Part shown: positions 61,721 through 64,000 of the stretch, in pieces
Numbering within the stretch: the first letter of the stretch is position 1
Layout: each line of letters starts with the position of its first letter
NCBI GenBank assembly: GCA_964187785.1
Contig: OZ076414.1
Coordinates: 44,764,001 to 44,828,000, forward strand
Reading direction: 5' to 3'
Length of the DNA: 64,000 nucleotides
Source of the DNA: Amphiscolops sp. MND2022
Lineage: Eukaryota
The notes under the pieces: generated by a model
Told to the model about the DNA's origin: nothing
The model's database searches: none
The model's input: the letters and a program-made list of their open reading frames with translations, nothing else
Translations under genes and position numbers: made by a program

Positions 61721-64000
61721 GCTAGTTTTTCTATCACTCAGCTCGCTGTTTGTTTCCAGAGCTTCCAAAACAGAGCAGTGAAAAATGGCCAGACTTTACC
61801 TTGCGAATGTTCTTGTGGTTTCGATTGTCTGTGCTAGATGTCTTATCCAGGCAACATATGCAGAGGTCAAGGAGGACGACGATCATACCATTGTGTCCAA
61901 CTTTATTATGGAAGAATTACAAAAAACCAGTACAAACAAAAATCAACTTATTAACTTGATGACGAAAATTCATGAAGAATCTCAAAAAGGTTTGTCAATT
62001 ACATAATTGTTAGCAATTGTTAGCGATTCTCTCAAGTTTGAACGCCTTATGCGTGCGGAAAATTTGTGGTGTTTGTAATACAATGGGAAGCAAATGTATT
62101 GTCTAACGTATTTGGAGTATGTATACAATCCAAGCTAAGCCATATGGTTTTACTCATGTACGTTTGTACAGTCTGATTTCCAGCTTTCTTAGGCGTTTCC
62201 GTGCAACTTCCACCAATGATATGAAAAGAAGAAAATCGCTTGTTTGAATTCAGGTGCCACAATTGGAGTCACTTATTCACTTTTAGACGACTAAACTATT
62301 TCAATCTTCTTCACCTAAACCTTTCTAAAAAATCTAAGTACTGGAGGTATTTTGGTGTGAAGTCGTCACGTCAATGTCATCGTCACGTCAATGAATATGG
62401 TCAATTATGTAATTAAACTCAACTGGCCATGTTTGGTTCACTAGATATTTTTTTCCAAAGCTAAAATTCAATGAGGGCCTTCCCATTTAACAAAACTGAG
62501 AAGAAAAGTCTTAACGTGCCGAAAAAGCTAAAGGGGTACCATTTGGTCTTTCCTGAACTTTTGCACAAATCGAACATTTCGCCTAGCGCGGGAATCGAAA
62601 CCACTTACAACTCCAGGCCAAGACTGATTTGAACAAAAGTGAAGCTGTTAAGTTTCTATGGCCGACACTAGAACTGGTGGCTGTATTTCAAGCCATTTTG
62701 AGCAAATTCTTTTTTACAGTAAGGCTGCGATTGGGATAAAAGTTTCTGAATTAGAACGCAGGTAGGGCCAACTCCTGTCACCACAAGAGGCTCGAACACT
62801 AGACTGATCCACAAAAGAATCGGGGTTCAAAAAATTATTTTTTTGTGTCAATATTATTGTCTTCAAAGACTTGAACGTGCTCAAGAAATAGAGTGTCAAT
62901 TAATTGTTCAATGTTCATGAGGTTTTCAACGCTAAGGATTGAACCTTGCGCTTGGCGTAGGTCTCTGAGTTCGCCACATCAGCCAGGTGGTGCTCTTGGA
63001 GTTCAGTCCCAAACAAACATCAGGTAGTTCCTGACATAGTTTAGGTAACCTTTGCAATGTCATGTTGCGTGCAGCGGTCTTAAGACGGACCAGTGGCACT
63101 TTGGACGTTTTGCTAAGAATTCCGTTTTGTCTAAAGTTTTCAGCTGTTGTTGGGGTTGTTTCTCATTGGATTTCCGGATACCATGATATGATACAATATT
63201 TTCCTCAGGTTTTATTTCGGTTTTGGACTTTTTGTGATATGCAACAACGGGCATCCGGCAGGAGTTCTAGTCTTCTGGTATGACTCTTCCATGTTTTCAA
63301 TGTAAGTATCATTGGGAAGGTTTCCGTAGTCTCGTTGAGACATGAATCGAAATCCTTTGCTCACATCAGGTAGCGCTTCAGTTACTTTTTCATCAAGCAC
63401 AGAGTCATTCGTCCATTTGCGTAGACCGTCCGTCCGCATTCCGCTGTTATGGGCAAGGTCTATGGATCAATGTGAAGTGTATTGGTCGAGGAGCGCTATC
63501 CAGCGTCCAATCAAGGTTTGTCAATGTCTTCAGCCATGAAAGGGCTCGATTGTCCACGCAAAGCGTAACTTCCTGACCTGCAAGCTACGAGTGAATCTTT
63601 TTGTATGTAAGAGTTGTGTAAGCATCAGTGACTTGCTGATGTAAACGATGTCGCAATATTGTCTTTTCATTGTGTTCTTGCTCTTGAGGCAGAATTCCCG
63701 CTTATGCAACTGTACTAGTTCCTTATCGTCCACGAAACGTCCCTTCTCGTTGGGAGCTGCCTAATCTGTGGCGGTTCCGTCTTGATACCTTCAGCGGAAC
63801 TTACTAGACCCAAGTTTTTTAGTTTCCGGGCGCATGAAATCACATTTCTCAGCACGCATTTTGCGCAAATGTCTCACTGAGACACTCGAAAACTTCTCAA
63901 ATACCCACCAGGTGGTGTTCAAATTGGTTGCTATGAATATGTTGCCGAAATAGACCATCACAACGTTAGCTGTTGAAACGCGGCCGATGCATTGCGTAGA

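Noticed and set aside
63000-64000. Degenerate minus-strand coding-like region at the window end
   Set aside because: Several stops, truncated by the window edge, no recognisable motif.

Overview
AT-rich, transposon-dense eukaryotic DNA with spliceosomal introns, no prokaryotic features and no confidently complete host gene. I cannot name the organism from sequence alone. Three LTR retroelements fill most of the window, all on the minus strand. (1) Element 1 is a 15.9-kb Ty3/gypsy-type element at 2791-18657, with 1492-bp LTRs and a GCAAC target-site duplication (TSD). Its gag ORF starts inside the LTR and reads through the primer-binding site (PBS). It has an extra ORF that ends inside the 3' LTR. 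It also carries an ANTISENSE six-exon gene of about 1074 aa with no stop or frameshift in my splice model, encoding a BED-like zinc finger plus a hAT-transposase-like body with apparently altered catalytic residues. Related 33-bp repeat arrays sit upstream of that gene, in its intron 5 and in both LTRs. This cassette is the most novel-looking feature. (2) Element 2 is a decayed gypsy-type element at 25080-50833 (about 17 kb once the nested insertion is removed; TAGT TSD). It has an env-like gene resembling class III (gB/chuvirus-like) fusion glycoproteins and is inserted exactly at the 5' end of a tRNA-derived Pol III unit. (3) A BEL/Pao element at 35979-44766 is nested in element 2's pol and has three tandem LTR-end/PBS/ORF modules. 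The rest is host interspersed repeats, a TA-flanked TIR element, a ~183-bp tandem array, a ~270-bp foldback and degenerate gag-like remnants. Boundaries, TSDs and splice phases were read by eye. Protein family calls are from motif recall, not database searches.
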